Below, piece by piece: positions 40,393 through 50,973 of a DNA stretch of 64,000 nt. The stretch's first letter is position 1; each line of letters opens with the position of its first letter. The translations under genes were made by a program, and so were the position numbers. The notes under the pieces are model-generated. The model searched no databases, was not told the origin of the DNA, and worked only from the letters and a program-made list of their open reading frames with translations. This DNA comes from a virus: positions 1 through 64,000 of the IMG/VR virus record IMGVR_UViG_3300045995_000532; one strand, 5' to 3'.

Positions 40393-42604
40393 TTAAGCGC
40401 GCAATACGCCGTCATCGTCTTCGTCCGTGGGATCCCACGGCGCCGGATCGGCGGTGAGCACCTTGAGGAGATGCGTCCTGATCAGCTGGCCGTCCTTGTC
40501 GACCGCATGGTTCACGCCCGTGACGCGGGTCTCTACGATCAGGCGCACCCGGTCGTCGGTGTGCAGGACCAGCCCGTTCGTCTCGTCTAGGCTGGTCAGG
40601 CCGGTGATCTTCGTGGACGTGCCATCCACGACCCGGCCCTCAAACGTCAGCGTCTCGTTGTCGACTACCTTCAAAGTCTTCTCAGTGGATTTCACGTCTT
40701 CGACGTCCGAGAACGGGTTCGCTACAGTCATGTCACTTCTCCTCGATCGGAACACTGGGTTGGTAGGGAATGGTTCGGCTGCAGGTGCCACAGATCCACC
40801 AGGTCGCCTGGCCGGCGAGTTTGTAGAGCTGACGTTCAGCCTTGGATGCTTTACGACTTGTCGCGGGGCAGCACGTGACGGGGAGCTTGTTTTCGTTCCA
40901 CAGGGCGCGTGGGCGGCCCATCTGGCAGGAACTGCACACCTGATCCGTCGCGGGGGCGTCGCAGGCGTCTTCGTATCGCTGGTAGCACGCGGAGCATTGA
41001 TGTGCGTGCGGGCGGCCCGTAAGGTTCGCCCCCACCCCGCCTGAAAAGGTCGCAAGCTTCGGTTTCCAGATCGCCCTGGCCATCTACAGACTCCCCCCAC
41101 CGGCGGCACCACATGCCGTCCAGATACCCACATCGGCTGCACGAGCGGCCCCTCATAGGTGCAAGTTCCACGCTGCCCACTCCTCGTAGATCTCGATCCG
41201 TGCCGGCCCTGCCGCACGGATCAACCGGTCCAGCCACACAGAGTCCGTCTTATCTCCTTCAATCGCGATCGCGTCGGCGATGGCCGTCTCGAGGTTCTGG
41301 GCCTTGTCGGCCTGGTCTTCGCCGCGCTTCCACCGGCGTGCTGGATCAATCAGTTTGTACAGGTCCCACGCATGCTTGACGACCTGCCCGGTTGTTCGCG
41401 CGTACTCGATGGCGAGGAGGAGATCCGCGACGTCGACGCCGCGCTTCTCCCGGGTGCGGCGAATCTTGCTGATCCCGAGCGCCCGAGCTTCATACCAGGG
41501 CTGCACGCCGTCGAAGTCGGCGACGCCGAAGAAACGGTGAAGGTCGTCGAAGATCTTGCTGTCCGCTGGGACGGTCACCGTTCGACCAGGTGCACCTCGT
41601 CGGCGACGCCCTGCAGGCACTGGTGTGCGAGTGCCCACGCCTTGAGGATCGGCCCGAACGGGGAATCTTTACGCTGCCCGCAACGGGTGCATGTGACCGA
41701 CACGTCGGTCCATGTGAACAGATCAGTTGGCATCGGTGATCCCGACGACGATGTCAATCACGGCGGTGGCGGCCGCCGCGGACTCGGGGGAGGAGAAGTA
41801 CCCGTAGACCTCCACCACGCCGGCCTGGACGGAGTAGATCGCGACGCGCTCCTTGGTGGGGACCAGTCCGATCTGGAAGGAGAGCGGTCCGCGGCCCCAA
41901 CCGTGCCCCTCGTAGGAACGATCTGCCGGGACGAAGTCGAACCCGTCCTGCGGGATGTCAGAGTGCCGCTTGGCGATCTCGTCGTAGTCGCGGTCGGTCA
42001 CGGGAGCTCCTTCAGGTGCACATCAATGATGTCAAGGTCGATGAAGTTGCGGCGGGCGCCGCTCTGGCGTCGTGCGGTATCCAGTTCGTCGACGACGAGC
42101 ATCGCTGCAGGTCCGTCCTCGAGGAACCGGCGGATCGCGTAGCCGTTCGCAACCATGTCACTACCGCCCAGCCACTCAGTCAGAGCAGCGTCGTCAACGT
42201 AAAGATCTACGGTTGTCGCCGATGTCTCCTGATATGTGACACTCACCTTCATGACTTCTCCTTCAGGACAAGAGTTGCTTCCTGGCCCAGCCGGATGCCA
42301 TCCTTGACGTGCTTGATGGGGACCATCAGCTCCACGATCAGGTGCGTGTCCTTGTAAGGACGCACGGCAGTGACATGGGTCCGGATCTCGGTGCTCACAG
42401 GACTTCCTCGATCTCTAGGTGGCCGTGCTCGGTACGGGATATGTCCCACTCACCCATGAGGGGCGCCTCACTGGGTCCGGTGATGAAGTCGACGTTGCCG
42501 GGCATGATCTCCCATGCCATGTCCTCTGCCTCCTCGACATCTGCGGCATTAACCTCCAGCACTGCGGAGATCGTATTCTGGACGTAAATCTGGTACCGCG
42601 GCAT
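40393..42604 (-). CDS. Cluster of small hypothetical genes incl. Cys-rich ORFs (40393-40731, 40733-~41037, 41153-~41578, 41723-42001, 41998-42252, 42395-42604)
   Basis: Coupled junctions, SD motifs. Confidence 0.6.
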
Positions 42605-43656
42605 CAGAGATCCCTCCATTCGGTTGCGTAGCTTCTTCCGGGCATGGCCAGGCCGCGGGCGGCATAGATGACGTGCTCAGCAAGCAGGGGCGGTATTGCA
42701 TCGCCGGCAGACTGGTGCTGGCGCTGCTTCGTGCCGATCCACGGGTATCCAGGCGGGAACGTCTGCAACGCGGCCGCCTCCTCGATACTCACTCGGATGC
42801 CGTCGCTGCGAGACTTGATGATGGAGATGTTGTGCCGGCTGGCATTGACTCCCGGCATAGCGATGTACTCCCGGCCGATCACCACAGGGGAGGGTCGTCC
42901 TGCGGGCCAGGTGGGGTCGTAGACGACTCCGGATGGCGCGTAGATCCGTGGCGCCACCTCGGCCGCGAGAGCCTCCCCTGTACCCCAGCCGAGAGCTTCA
43001 GCCATACTCACCCAGCGGGGCAGCCCGACGTCGACGAGGTCGGGGTGGTGCATGTGGAAGCGCGAGTGTGACGGCTGGGGCATCCCGATGCGCCACTCCC
43101 GGTTGGCGATCAGGATGGCGCGGCGCCTGGTCTGCGGGACCCCGTATGCCTCCGCGTTGAGGATGGCGGTCTCCACCCAGTACCCGAGACGGCGCAGCAC
43201 CACGGCGTAGGCCTCCCAGATGGGCAGCACGGAGGGGACCTGCTCCATGGCGATCCACGTCGGGTGGGTCTCAACGATGATGCGCAACGGCTCCAGCACC
43301 AGCGCGGAGGACTCGTCTACCTCGACGCCCAGCCGCTCGAGTGCCGCCGGCGGCAGGTAACCCTCCGCGACCAGGTATACGGCCTTGATCAGGTCGTTGC
43401 GGGCAGCCAAGCCGGCGCCGTCACCCATTCGAGAGAACGTGGTGCACGGCGGTGAGGCGACCATGCCCACGTACTCGTCCGGAGCGGCATCGAAAGCACG
43501 CACATCCATGAGCGTGCGGTGATGCCCGGCCGCCTGAGCGGTGGCGAACGCATCCGGGTCCCACTCGATGCCATGCTCGGCGAAACCCATGCGCGCGAGC
43601 GCTATCGACCAACCCCCGCTTCCAGCGCACAAATCCAAGACGACGCCATTGATCAC
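42604..43656 (-). CDS. DNA (cytosine-5) methyltransferase
   Basis: LCAGSGG, SPPC, MEQV, PQTRRR, AALQTFP, GDAIPP. Confidence 0.9.
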   Translation of the reverse strand: MINGVVLDLCAGSGGWSIALARMGFAEHGIEWDPDAFATAQAAGHHRTLMDVRAFDAAPDEYVGMVASPPCTTFSRMGDGAGLAARNDLIKAVYLVAEGYLPPAALERLGVEVDESSALVLEPLRIIVETHPTWIAMEQVPSVLPIWEAYAVVLRRLGYWVETAILNAEAYGVPQTRRRAILIANREWRIGMPQPSHSRFHMHHPDLVDVGLPRWVSMAEALGWGTGEALAAEVAPRIYAPSGVVYDPTWPAGRPSPVVIGREYIAMPGVNASRHNISIIKSRSDGIRVSIEEAAALQTFPPGYPWIGTKQRQHQSAGDAIPPLLAEHVIYAARGLAMPGRSYATEWRDL

Positions 43657-44246
43657 AGGGCATCCCAGTCGACCGCGGTGGACTTCTCGATCTGGGGGAG
43701 TCCAGCACCACCGGACAGCTCGGTGAGTTCACCTGCGGCCCACGCACGAAGGACATTGGTCCGGCCATCCTTCGTCAGCCGCACCTGGAAGCCGGTGGGC
43801 TGACCGGCGGGGCGGAATACGATACCCGGCACCACCTCGCCAGTCCCCGGGTCGACCATCACCTGCGCACCGTCATCCCAGACGAGACGCTTCAGCAGGG
43901 CCGCCTTCGCTGCCGGCCAGAACTCGACGAAGCGCATCTCCTCCTGCGCCGGGACGACAACCTCGCGGACCGTGGCCGGGCTGGATACCTTCGCCCAGTC
44001 CAAGAGCGCACCTTCGTCCTCGATCTCGTAGGACTCCGCCGGCTGGACGAGCCCGATGGTCCCAACCTTGCCGACCTTGGGCAGCAGCACGTCGAACGTC
44101 TTGATGCCCTCCTCCGCCCAACGGTCGAAGAGCAGCTGCTCGTGCTCGTTGCGCTCGGATTTGAGTGCGGTGATGAACGCGTCAGAGATGGTCTTGAACA
44201 GGGCGATACGCAGGTTCCGCTCGCGCAGATTCAGTTTCTTGGCCAT
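43653..44246 (-). CDS. Conserved actinophage hypothetical protein
   Basis: IEDEGALLDWA...DPGTGEVVPGI pattern. Confidence 0.7.
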   Translation of the reverse strand: MAKKLNLRERNLRIALFKTISDAFITALKSERNEHEQLLFDRWAEEGIKTFDVLLPKVGKVGTIGLVQPAESYEIEDEGALLDWAKVSSPATVREVVVPAQEEMRFVEFWPAAKAALLKRLVWDDGAQVMVDPGTGEVVPGIVFRPAGQPTGFQVRLTKDGRTNVLRAWAAGELTELSGGAGLPQIEKSTAVDWDAL

Positions 44247-44457
44247 CAGAAGACGCCGTCTTCGACTACAGGGACCCAGCCAGCAGGCTGAATCAAGATC
44301 CCGCGCACGGCGAGCTGCTCAAGTTCATGGGCCGCCATGTCCATCGAGTCCTCATAGATCTCACCGCAGAAGCACTCGCCGTACTCCTCGGTGTCAGCGT
44401 AACCGTGGCTCCTGAGCACACTCCAGGCTGCAGCCCAAATCCGTTCAACGTCAGCCA

Positions 44458-45405
44458 TCAGAGGTCGTCCCATTCGGTCGAGGTGTGCTTGAGCCTGGTT
44501 CGCAGCGACAGGTCCAGGTACTCGGGGTTCAAGTCGATGCCGACATACTCGCGCCCGTTCCTGATGGCCGCGAGTCCCGTGGTGCCTGATCCGCTGAACG
44601 GGTCGAGCACGAGGCCACCCGGTTTGCAGCCGGCCAGGATGCACCGCTCCGGGAGCTCAGGCGGAAACGTGGCGAAGTGCGCCTGACGGGACCGTTCGGA
44701 ACTGATCGACCACACATCGCCGGGGTTCTTGCCGAGCGGGTTCGCGGTGTAGTGGGTCGTGCGGCCGACGTGCGGGACCCTGATGGCATCCAGGTTGAAG
44801 TGGTAGCGGGGGCTTTTCGCGAAGAAGAACACGTGCTCGTAGCGTGTGCTGAGTCGGTCCTGGATGGACTCTGGGATGGCGTTCGGGCGCTCCCAGATGA
44901 TCGCGTTCCGTAAGACCCAGGTGTCGTTCTGCAAGGCGAAGGCGACGCGCCAGGGGAGCCCCATGAGGTTCTTTTTCGGTGGCGCACCCTGCTTGATCAC
45001 CCCGGTCTTGCTGGCGATGTCCGGGTAGCGGTCGTCGTGGACGGGCGTCATGATTGGCCCGTTCACTGCGCGCTGGGTTCCCCGTTCCTTCTTGCGTCCT
45101 TGATTCCCCCACGAGCCGCTGAACGAATCCCCGATGTTGATCCAGAGGGTCCCATCGTCAGCGAGAACGCGTCGCACCTCAGCGAAGATGTCCCGGAGGA
45201 CCTGGACGTACTCATCCAGGGAGGACTCGGCACCGACCTGGCCGGGGATCCCATAGTTGCGGAGCCCGAGATAAGGCGGGCTGGTCACGCAACAGTCCAC
45301 CGACGTGTCTGCCATCGTGCGGAGCACCTCAAGCGCGTCCCCATGCCACAGGGTCACACCCGCGCGCTGGTGGTGGATGCGCGGCGCCGCGATCGTCGCC
45401 ATCAT
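44458..45405 (-). CDS. Beta-class DNA methyltransferase (SPPY, probably N4C)
   Basis: TSPPY, HFATFP, LDPFSGSGTT. Confidence 0.92.
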   Translation of the reverse strand: MMATIAAPRIHHQRAGVTLWHGDALEVLRTMADTSVDCCVTSPPYLGLRNYGIPGQVGAESSLDEYVQVLRDIFAEVRRVLADDGTLWINIGDSFSGSWGNQGRKKERGTQRAVNGPIMTPVHDDRYPDIASKTGVIKQGAPPKKNLMGLPWRVAFALQNDTWVLRNAIIWERPNAIPESIQDRLSTRYEHVFFFAKSPRYHFNLDAIRVPHVGRTTHYTANPLGKNPGDVWSISSERSRQAHFATFPPELPERCILAGCKPGGLVLDPFSGSGTTGLAAIRNGREYVGIDLNPEYLDLSLRTRLKHTSTEWDDL

Positions 45406-45743
45406 CCGAGCTCCTTGGCGAACGGTGGCTGCTCGCCGACGGCCGCGATGTACCCGTCGTAGGCGACATCGAAGGCCTCGCTCGTCCACGGCTCCGGCAG
45501 GGTCCCCAGCGCCACCTGGAGGCCCCGCTGCCAGCGTGCATACCGGCGGTGTTCGGGACTGAAGATGTAGCGGCACAACCACCAGGGGGCCACCACGACG
45601 CACACAGCCCGGTACAGCGGGTCGCCGTCGTCGTCGGTGCGTGATGTCCACGGCCACGGGATGACGACGGTGTGACGGAACCACTCATCGGAGCCGAGCG
45701 AAGGCCACCTGGCGCACCACTGCGAGTAGAACCAGATGATCAT
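45402..45743 (-). CDS. Hypothetical protein
   Basis: Coupled on both sides. Confidence 0.6.
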   Translation of the reverse strand: MIIWFYSQWCARWPSLGSDEWFRHTVVIPWPWTSRTDDDGDPLYRAVCVVVAPWWLCRYIFSPEHRRYARWQRGLQVALGTLPEPWTSEAFDVAYDGYIAAVGEQPPFAKELG

Positions 45744-47683
45744 CGGGTGAGCTCCTCAGTGGTAAACGGAAGTTCGTCCTGGAGCCGCACCAGCGCGGTC
45801 TGGCGGTCCCGGTTGTAGATGGACTCGTAGGAGTCACCGCGGTTGAATGCGCTGTTCTCCATGTCGACACGGTTGGTGTTGCGCCGATCGGACGGATCCA
45901 CGATCGCGAGCGACGCGTGCGACATCGACAGGGAGGCGACCCGCCCCTTGTTGCCGTGCCGGCTCTTGAGGATCTTCACCTTCAGTTCCGAGTGCACCGC
46001 GCCGGCCAGGGAAGCATCGGCGATCGCATTGGCCTCCCATGGCCGGTAGATCCCGAACAGGAAGTCGGCGGTCTCCTCCACGGCGCCGGCATCGCGAGCA
46101 TCGTCCTCGCTGATCGGCTCACCAGGTTTCGCGGACCGGTTCACCTGGGAGGGCACGATGATGGCAACCTCGTGCTCCTTAGCTAGCCGCTTGAGGTCCA
46201 TGATCGCGTTGGTGACACGCTCGTACTGGTCCTTGCCGCGTTGGGCCCTGGCGTAGTAGCCGAGGTAGTCCACGAAGACCAGCTGGGCGACCTCGCCGGT
46301 CTCCTCCGCGAACTCGTCCATGAGGGCGCCGAACTCGCTCGAGGACACCATGTTCTCGTCAACAAGCCGCAAGAGCGGGAAAAGATTCTCCAGTTCCGTA
46401 TCGCTCATTGCCGGGTGGAAGAACCGGGCGATGCGCCGCAGCCGGTTCCACGTCTCCGCCACGGTCAACTCAAGAGTGATGAACAAGCAGGGGAGATTTC
46501 GGTTGTAATAGGCGATACATGCCAGTATGACCGATTTGCCCACCCCTGTTCTGGCAAGCGGGACAGTTACGGACCCGGGGCGCAGGCCTGGCTTCAGCAG
46601 TGCATCGAGGGTGGGCCAGCCGAGCTTGATGCCTGGCTTGGATGACTCCAGTTCGCGCAGTTTCCACGCGGACTCACCCACGGAGTAGACACGCTTGTCG
46701 CGCATGTCCGCTTCAGCGAGCTGGGCCATGATGTCGGCCCAGCCATGGTTCTGCCCGGGGGCCAACCAGTCCGACCAGTCCTTGACGTCGGGAACCTCCA
46801 CGACGCGCGCCTTGGCCCCCAGGACGTCCCGTAGCTTCAGGGCGGCCCGCTTCCCGGTGTCGTCGTTGTCGAGGCCGATGTAGACCCTCTTGGCGTTCTC
46901 GAAGTAGCGCGCGAAACCCTTCTGTCCGTCCGGCCATGCCTCAGCGCCGGCAAGCCCGACCACGCGGATCTTGCGGGCACGTACATCCGGCGAAGCGGAT
47001 AGACATTGCTGGCAAATAAGACAATCCATCTCGCCCTCTGTGATGAGGACGAACTCTGCGCCGCGCAGGGCATCGGCGTTATACAGACGGACGTTCTCGC
47101 CAGGCGTGGTGACGTACTTCCCGAGCGGGTCCTTGCCGCGCAGCTGGACGACCTGCTGGCTGGACAGGTACGGGATGACGATCTTCCCAGAGAGGAACTC
47201 CCAACCCTTCTCGTTCAACAGCCCGGTCTCGCGGACCTCAGCCCGGGTGTACCCGCCAGGAACTCCAACACCATCCAAGCCGTCGATCAGGCTGACGCCG
47301 CGGGGGTGGTAGCCGAACCGCGCCTTGGCGATCGTGTCGTCGGAGAGGCCGCGGTGGCGCAGGTAGTCGAGCATCGGGGTGTTACCAGCCAAGGCAGCGA
47401 CGGCGGCCGTGAGATAGAGCTCGTTGATCTCTAGTCGGCGGGACGGCTTGAACGCGGGGGCCGACTCCTTGACTTCATCGCCGAAGTGCTCAAGCAGTGT
47501 CCGATATCCACCGGATTGTCCGCATATCTTGCAATCGAATCCACCAGACTCAGAGTTGATGTAGAGCTTGCCCTTACGGTGGGACTCCCCGCAAAAGAAA
47601 CACTGGAGGGTCAACTCCTTGCCGCTGGTCCGGTAGACCTCCAGGCCCTTGGTCTTGAGGTAGGTCTCGATGTCTTCGGTCAT
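45740..47683 (-). CDS. Primase-helicase (Zn finger + TOPRIM + SF4 helicase)
   Basis: CFFC..CKIC, TEGEMD, DNDDTG, ARTGVGKS, VFVDYL, SQVNR, KSRHG; GAGGAGG SD. Confidence 0.93.
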   Translation of the reverse strand: MTEDIETYLKTKGLEVYRTSGKELTLQCFFCGESHRKGKLYINSESGGFDCKICGQSGGYRTLLEHFGDEVKESAPAFKPSRRLEINELYLTAAVAALAGNTPMLDYLRHRGLSDDTIAKARFGYHPRGVSLIDGLDGVGVPGGYTRAEVRETGLLNEKGWEFLSGKIVIPYLSSQQVVQLRGKDPLGKYVTTPGENVRLYNADALRGAEFVLITEGEMDCLICQQCLSASPDVRARKIRVVGLAGAEAWPDGQKGFARYFENAKRVYIGLDNDDTGKRAALKLRDVLGAKARVVEVPDVKDWSDWLAPGQNHGWADIMAQLAEADMRDKRVYSVGESAWKLRELESSKPGIKLGWPTLDALLKPGLRPGSVTVPLARTGVGKSVILACIAYYNRNLPCLFITLELTVAETWNRLRRIARFFHPAMSDTELENLFPLLRLVDENMVSSSEFGALMDEFAEETGEVAQLVFVDYLGYYARAQRGKDQYERVTNAIMDLKRLAKEHEVAIIVPSQVNRSAKPGEPISEDDARDAGAVEETADFLFGIYRPWEANAIADASLAGAVHSELKVKILKSRHGNKGRVASLSMSHASLAIVDPSDRRNTNRVDMENSAFNRGDSYESIYNRDRQTALVRLQDELPFTTEELTR

Positions 47684-47878
47684 ACTGAACGACCTCCTCT
47701 CGTGGGTGGGCGGGAGATCCGGCAGACAAGCAGCACACTTGCCTGCCGGATCTGATCTGAGGGACGCCATGGTGGGTCGTTTACAGACGAGCGTTTCGGG
47801 CTTTCACCTAGCGCTGCCGTCCCGACCTAGCCGGGGATCACGCCCGTCCGGGCGACTAGTACAAACTCGGACATATCA

Positions 47879-48379
47879 TCAGAAAGGAGGCTCCGAGTCG
47901 TTCGCCCACGGGTCAGCAGAGTCGTTCGCGTCCGCAGCGGTCGCGCGGGCGTCAACGATCGTGCAGTAGTAGCCGAGCGTGCCGTCCTTCTTCTTCTGCG
48001 GTGCCTGATGTGCAACAAGCACCTCGCAGACAAGCCCTTCAACGAGGTCGGTGTCGACGTCCTGGCCGACCTCCACCGGAGCGCCCTGCAGCGACTCGTA
48101 CAGCACCTTCGCCACCGAGTCGGCCCGGGTGGACACCTTCGCGTCGGAGTCGACGTTGATGGTGTCCCCGGAACTGTCGCCGGCGGTGATCTTGAAGTTC
48201 CAGCGCCACTTGTCGAACGTCGCCTTCTGTCCCACACGGGCCGTGCCGTTCTTCACCGCGGCGTGATGGGCCTTGTACTCGAACTCGACCTTTGTCTCCA
48301 CCACGGACTCCAGGCGGGCGCGGAGCCAGCCCTCCTCGAAGTGGTATTCGGACTCTTCAACGACTGTTGCCTTGGCCAT
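47879..48379 (-). CDS. Probable ssDNA-binding protein
   Basis: Beta-rich core, acidic DPW...EPPF C-terminus, between ATPase and primase-helicase. Confidence 0.7.
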   Translation of the reverse strand: MAKATVVEESEYHFEEGWLRARLESVVETKVEFEYKAHHAAVKNGTARVGQKATFDKWRWNFKITAGDSSGDTINVDSDAKVSTRADSVAKVLYESLQGAPVEVGQDVDTDLVEGLVCEVLVAHQAPQKKKDGTLGYYCTIVDARATAADANDSADPWANDSEPPF

Positions 48380-48411
48380 GCGTTCCTCTTCCTACGTGCG
48401 TGATCGAACGG

Positions 48412-49623
48412 TCAGCTGAGCGCCTTCTTGCGGGCGGTCACCGCGCCGGTGTGCTCGTCGTGCCAGTCGGCCTTGTCCTTGTGAGCGATGTAGAAGTCCT
48501 TCAGTCCTTCAGGACCATCGATCGCCGTGATGGCCTTGATCCGCTCGAGGTAGTCGATCTCGTCGCTGGCGACCACCCCGCCGAGCTCTTCGGTCGTCAA
48601 CGCGATCGCCTCGTAGTGAGCCAGTTCCCCCTCAGAGACAACCGGCTCGGCCGCGACAGCGGTGATGGCATCCTCTGCAGCGACCTGGGCGGCGATCGCA
48701 GCCTTCGGATCCTCCTTCTTCACGGCAGCCTTCTTGGCCGCCTTGCGCGGAACCTTCGTGGCGTCCGGCTCTACCGCACCACCCTTGATGTCCGGGCCGG
48801 CGACGTCGGCAGCAACCTGGTCAGCAGGGGTCTGTTCGGTCACTACAGTGGCCTGGCCGTACTTCGCAGCCTGACCTGCCAGAGCGTCGGTGATCTGAGT
48901 GAAGTCGCTGGACTTGAACTCCACTGACGTCTCATCCAGCAGGCCCGCGGGGGAGCGCAGGATCGGGAACTTCGGTGACGCACGCCAGGAGATCTTGCGG
49001 ACAACCTTGCGCGAAGCCTGGGCCTTGGCCTTCTCGGCATCGCTCGCGTTATCGTCAACGCCGATGCCCCAGTCGGTGTGGATCCACCCAATGAAGGGAA
49101 ACTCCTTGGGCAGGTCGATCTTCGTGCCGCCAATCAGGTCAGGCTCGTACTCCTGAGAGTCAAACTTGTCCTTGAGGTGCACGTTGACGATGACGTGCAA
49201 CGGCAGTCGCTGGAGCTTGTCGAGGATGGTGGACATCGACGCCTTCAGGTCGCCCCACGCCTTAAAGCCATCCATGGACGTCATGCCATCACGGCGCATG
49301 ATGCCGTTGGCCACGTGAGCGGACAGGACGGAGAAGGTGTCCACCACGACCGTCTGGTACGGGAAACTCGGCCGCTGGGCCTGCAGGGCCAGGTAGTCGA
49401 GGGCCTCGTTGGCGGCCTTCTCGGAGGGGATCTCGATGTACGGCGTGCCGGTGATCGCCAGCGATGCGGCACCACCACGGTCGGCCATCAGGAAGATGGG
49501 CGCGGGTGCCTGCGCGGCGAAGGGGGTCTTGCCAGACCCAGGCTGGCCAAACAGGAGGATTCGGTAGCGGTCCTGTCCGTCCAAGAACTGACTGAACGAG
49601 GCCGTCTTAATCGTTATCGGCAT
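48412..49623 (-). CDS. AAA_24/Sak4-like ATPase (recombination)
   Basis: LLFGQPGSGKT, TVVVDT, WGDL; Ala/Lys-rich C-extension. Confidence 0.82.
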   Translation of the reverse strand: MPITIKTASFSQFLDGQDRYRILLFGQPGSGKTPFAAQAPAPIFLMADRGGAASLAITGTPYIEIPSEKAANEALDYLALQAQRPSFPYQTVVVDTFSVLSAHVANGIMRRDGMTSMDGFKAWGDLKASMSTILDKLQRLPLHVIVNVHLKDKFDSQEYEPDLIGGTKIDLPKEFPFIGWIHTDWGIGVDDNASDAEKAKAQASRKVVRKISWRASPKFPILRSPAGLLDETSVEFKSSDFTQITDALAGQAAKYGQATVVTEQTPADQVAADVAGPDIKGGAVEPDATKVPRKAAKKAAVKKEDPKAAIAAQVAAEDAITAVAAEPVVSEGELAHYEAIALTTEELGGVVASDEIDYLERIKAITAIDGPEGLKDFYIAHKDKADWHDEHTGAVTARKKALS

Positions 49624-50503
49624 CGAGTTTCCCTTCGATTGATGTGCGCATGAGATAATCGACTGCATTTAGTAGGAAATCGGCACTATCTCGAAACCCG
49701 CCCAGCGCCCTGTTACACGCTCCGCAGAGCAGGCCCCGCACGTACCCGGAAGTGTGGTCGTGGTCGATTGAAAGACGGCGGTCGTCCTCAACTCCAGAGC
49801 AGATGGCGCAGACACCATTTTGGTCGGCGAGCAGCACATTGTATTCATCAGGGGTTATGTTGTATAACGCCATGATGTAGTTTGACCGAATCTGATCGCG
49901 CAGGTCCGGATCATCGCGATACTTCTCACGTCGCTTCTTCCGTCGGTCCGATGCCCATTCCGGGTCAATTCGTGACTTGTGGGCTTTCCAATCCGCGTGC
50001 TGAGCCCTCATGTAGTCTCCGTAGTCACGGTCGGCTACCCTGCGCTTAGTCCGAAAACAGGAGACGCACAGTTCCGTCGCGCTTGAGTATTGTCGACGCT
50101 CCGGGTGGCATGTCGAAGCAATCAGACTTACGCGCACCTTGGCCAGATCCCCTGGCACGTGACTTTCTTGACCGTATGCTCTTCGTGGGCGGCCGTGAGT
50201 TCTTCGATACTCCGCGCCTATGGCGCGCTGCCGAAGAACAAAGTCAGGATCCTGTCGGCGCCTCGCCCTGTAGCAAGGCTGACATAACCCCTCGCCAGTA
50301 ACCTTGGCGCGCTCAGGGTGGCAAGTTGCCCGGGGTGACGTCTTCCGGCGAGCTCGCTCAAGTTCAGCGAAGACCGGATCGTCACGCCGGCGCCTAGCTA
50401 CATAACACGACTGACATAGCCCGTCACCAGTAACCCTCGCCCGCAGCGGGTGGCATGTCGCGCGAGGAGGAGACGACCTTGCGACATCAAGCTTCGCTGT
50501 CAT
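49607..50503 (-). CDS. Endonuclease VII-family (homing-type) endonuclease with three N-terminal Cys/His repeats
   Basis: QNGVCAIC, IDHDH..G.VRGLLC..CN..LG; lower GC than neighbours. Confidence 0.9.
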   Translation of the reverse strand: MTAKLDVARSSPPRATCHPLRARVTGDGLCQSCYVARRRRDDPVFAELERARRKTSPRATCHPERAKVTGEGLCQPCYRARRRQDPDFVLRQRAIGAEYRRTHGRPRRAYGQESHVPGDLAKVRVSLIASTCHPERRQYSSATELCVSCFRTKRRVADRDYGDYMRAQHADWKAHKSRIDPEWASDRRKKRREKYRDDPDLRDQIRSNYIMALYNITPDEYNVLLADQNGVCAICSGVEDDRRLSIDHDHTSGYVRGLLCGACNRALGGFRDSADFLLNAVDYLMRTSIEGKLDADND

Positions 50504-50718
50504 GCGATGTCTCCGTTGGTTGCCTTGGGATACTTCTTCCGCGGGTGCGTCTTCCGGTACTCGAGCACCCATGCCGCCTGGTAGGCCCGCATCTGCTGCG
50601 CATACACGGGGTCATCCCGGCGCCGGCGGGCGTTGTAGCAGGACGGGCACAGTCCGTCCCGCGTCACCTGCGCTCGTGACGGATGGCAGGTCGCCCTGGG
50701 GGCGTTCGCTCTAGCCAT
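50500..50718 (-). CDS. Stand-alone copy of the Cys/His repeat
   Basis: RATCHPSR..VT.DGLCPSCY.ARRRRDDP. Confidence 0.7.
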   Translation of the reverse strand: MARANAPRATCHPSRAQVTRDGLCPSCYNARRRRDDPVYAQQMRAYQAAWVLEYRKTHPRKKYPKATNGDIA

Positions 50719-50724
50719 GGGTAT

Positions 50725-50973
50725 TTACGGCTCCTTTTCGATAACCCCGATGCGCCGCAGATCGGCAACAAGATTCAGATGAGCCCGATGGTCCGATGGG
50801 CCGAAGTGAGTTCCCACCGTGCCGTTGCCGTCCTCGCCGTAAATGACGACCCCGCACTTGGTCTTACGCATCCGAACTCCACAGTCGAGAAGCCCCTTCA
50901 GGAGTTCCTTCGATTGCTCAGGCAGGCCCGACCGGGCGATCAGTCGGCTCAGGTCCGGCCTAGGCGGGGGCAT
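50725..50973 (-). CDS. HicA-like small protein
   Basis: KELLKGLLDCGV....TKCG.......G..V..H..PSDHRA..NL.ADLRRIG. Confidence 0.55.
   Translation of the reverse strand: MPPPRPDLSRLIARSGLPEQSKELLKGLLDCGVRMRKTKCGVVIYGEDGNGTVGTHFGPSDHRAHLNLVADLRRIGVIEKEP

Noticed and set aside
41693-41710. Fifth copy of the inverted-arm site (TGAC-CGACAC-GTCGG)
   Set aside because: Inside a coding region and lacks the extended arms
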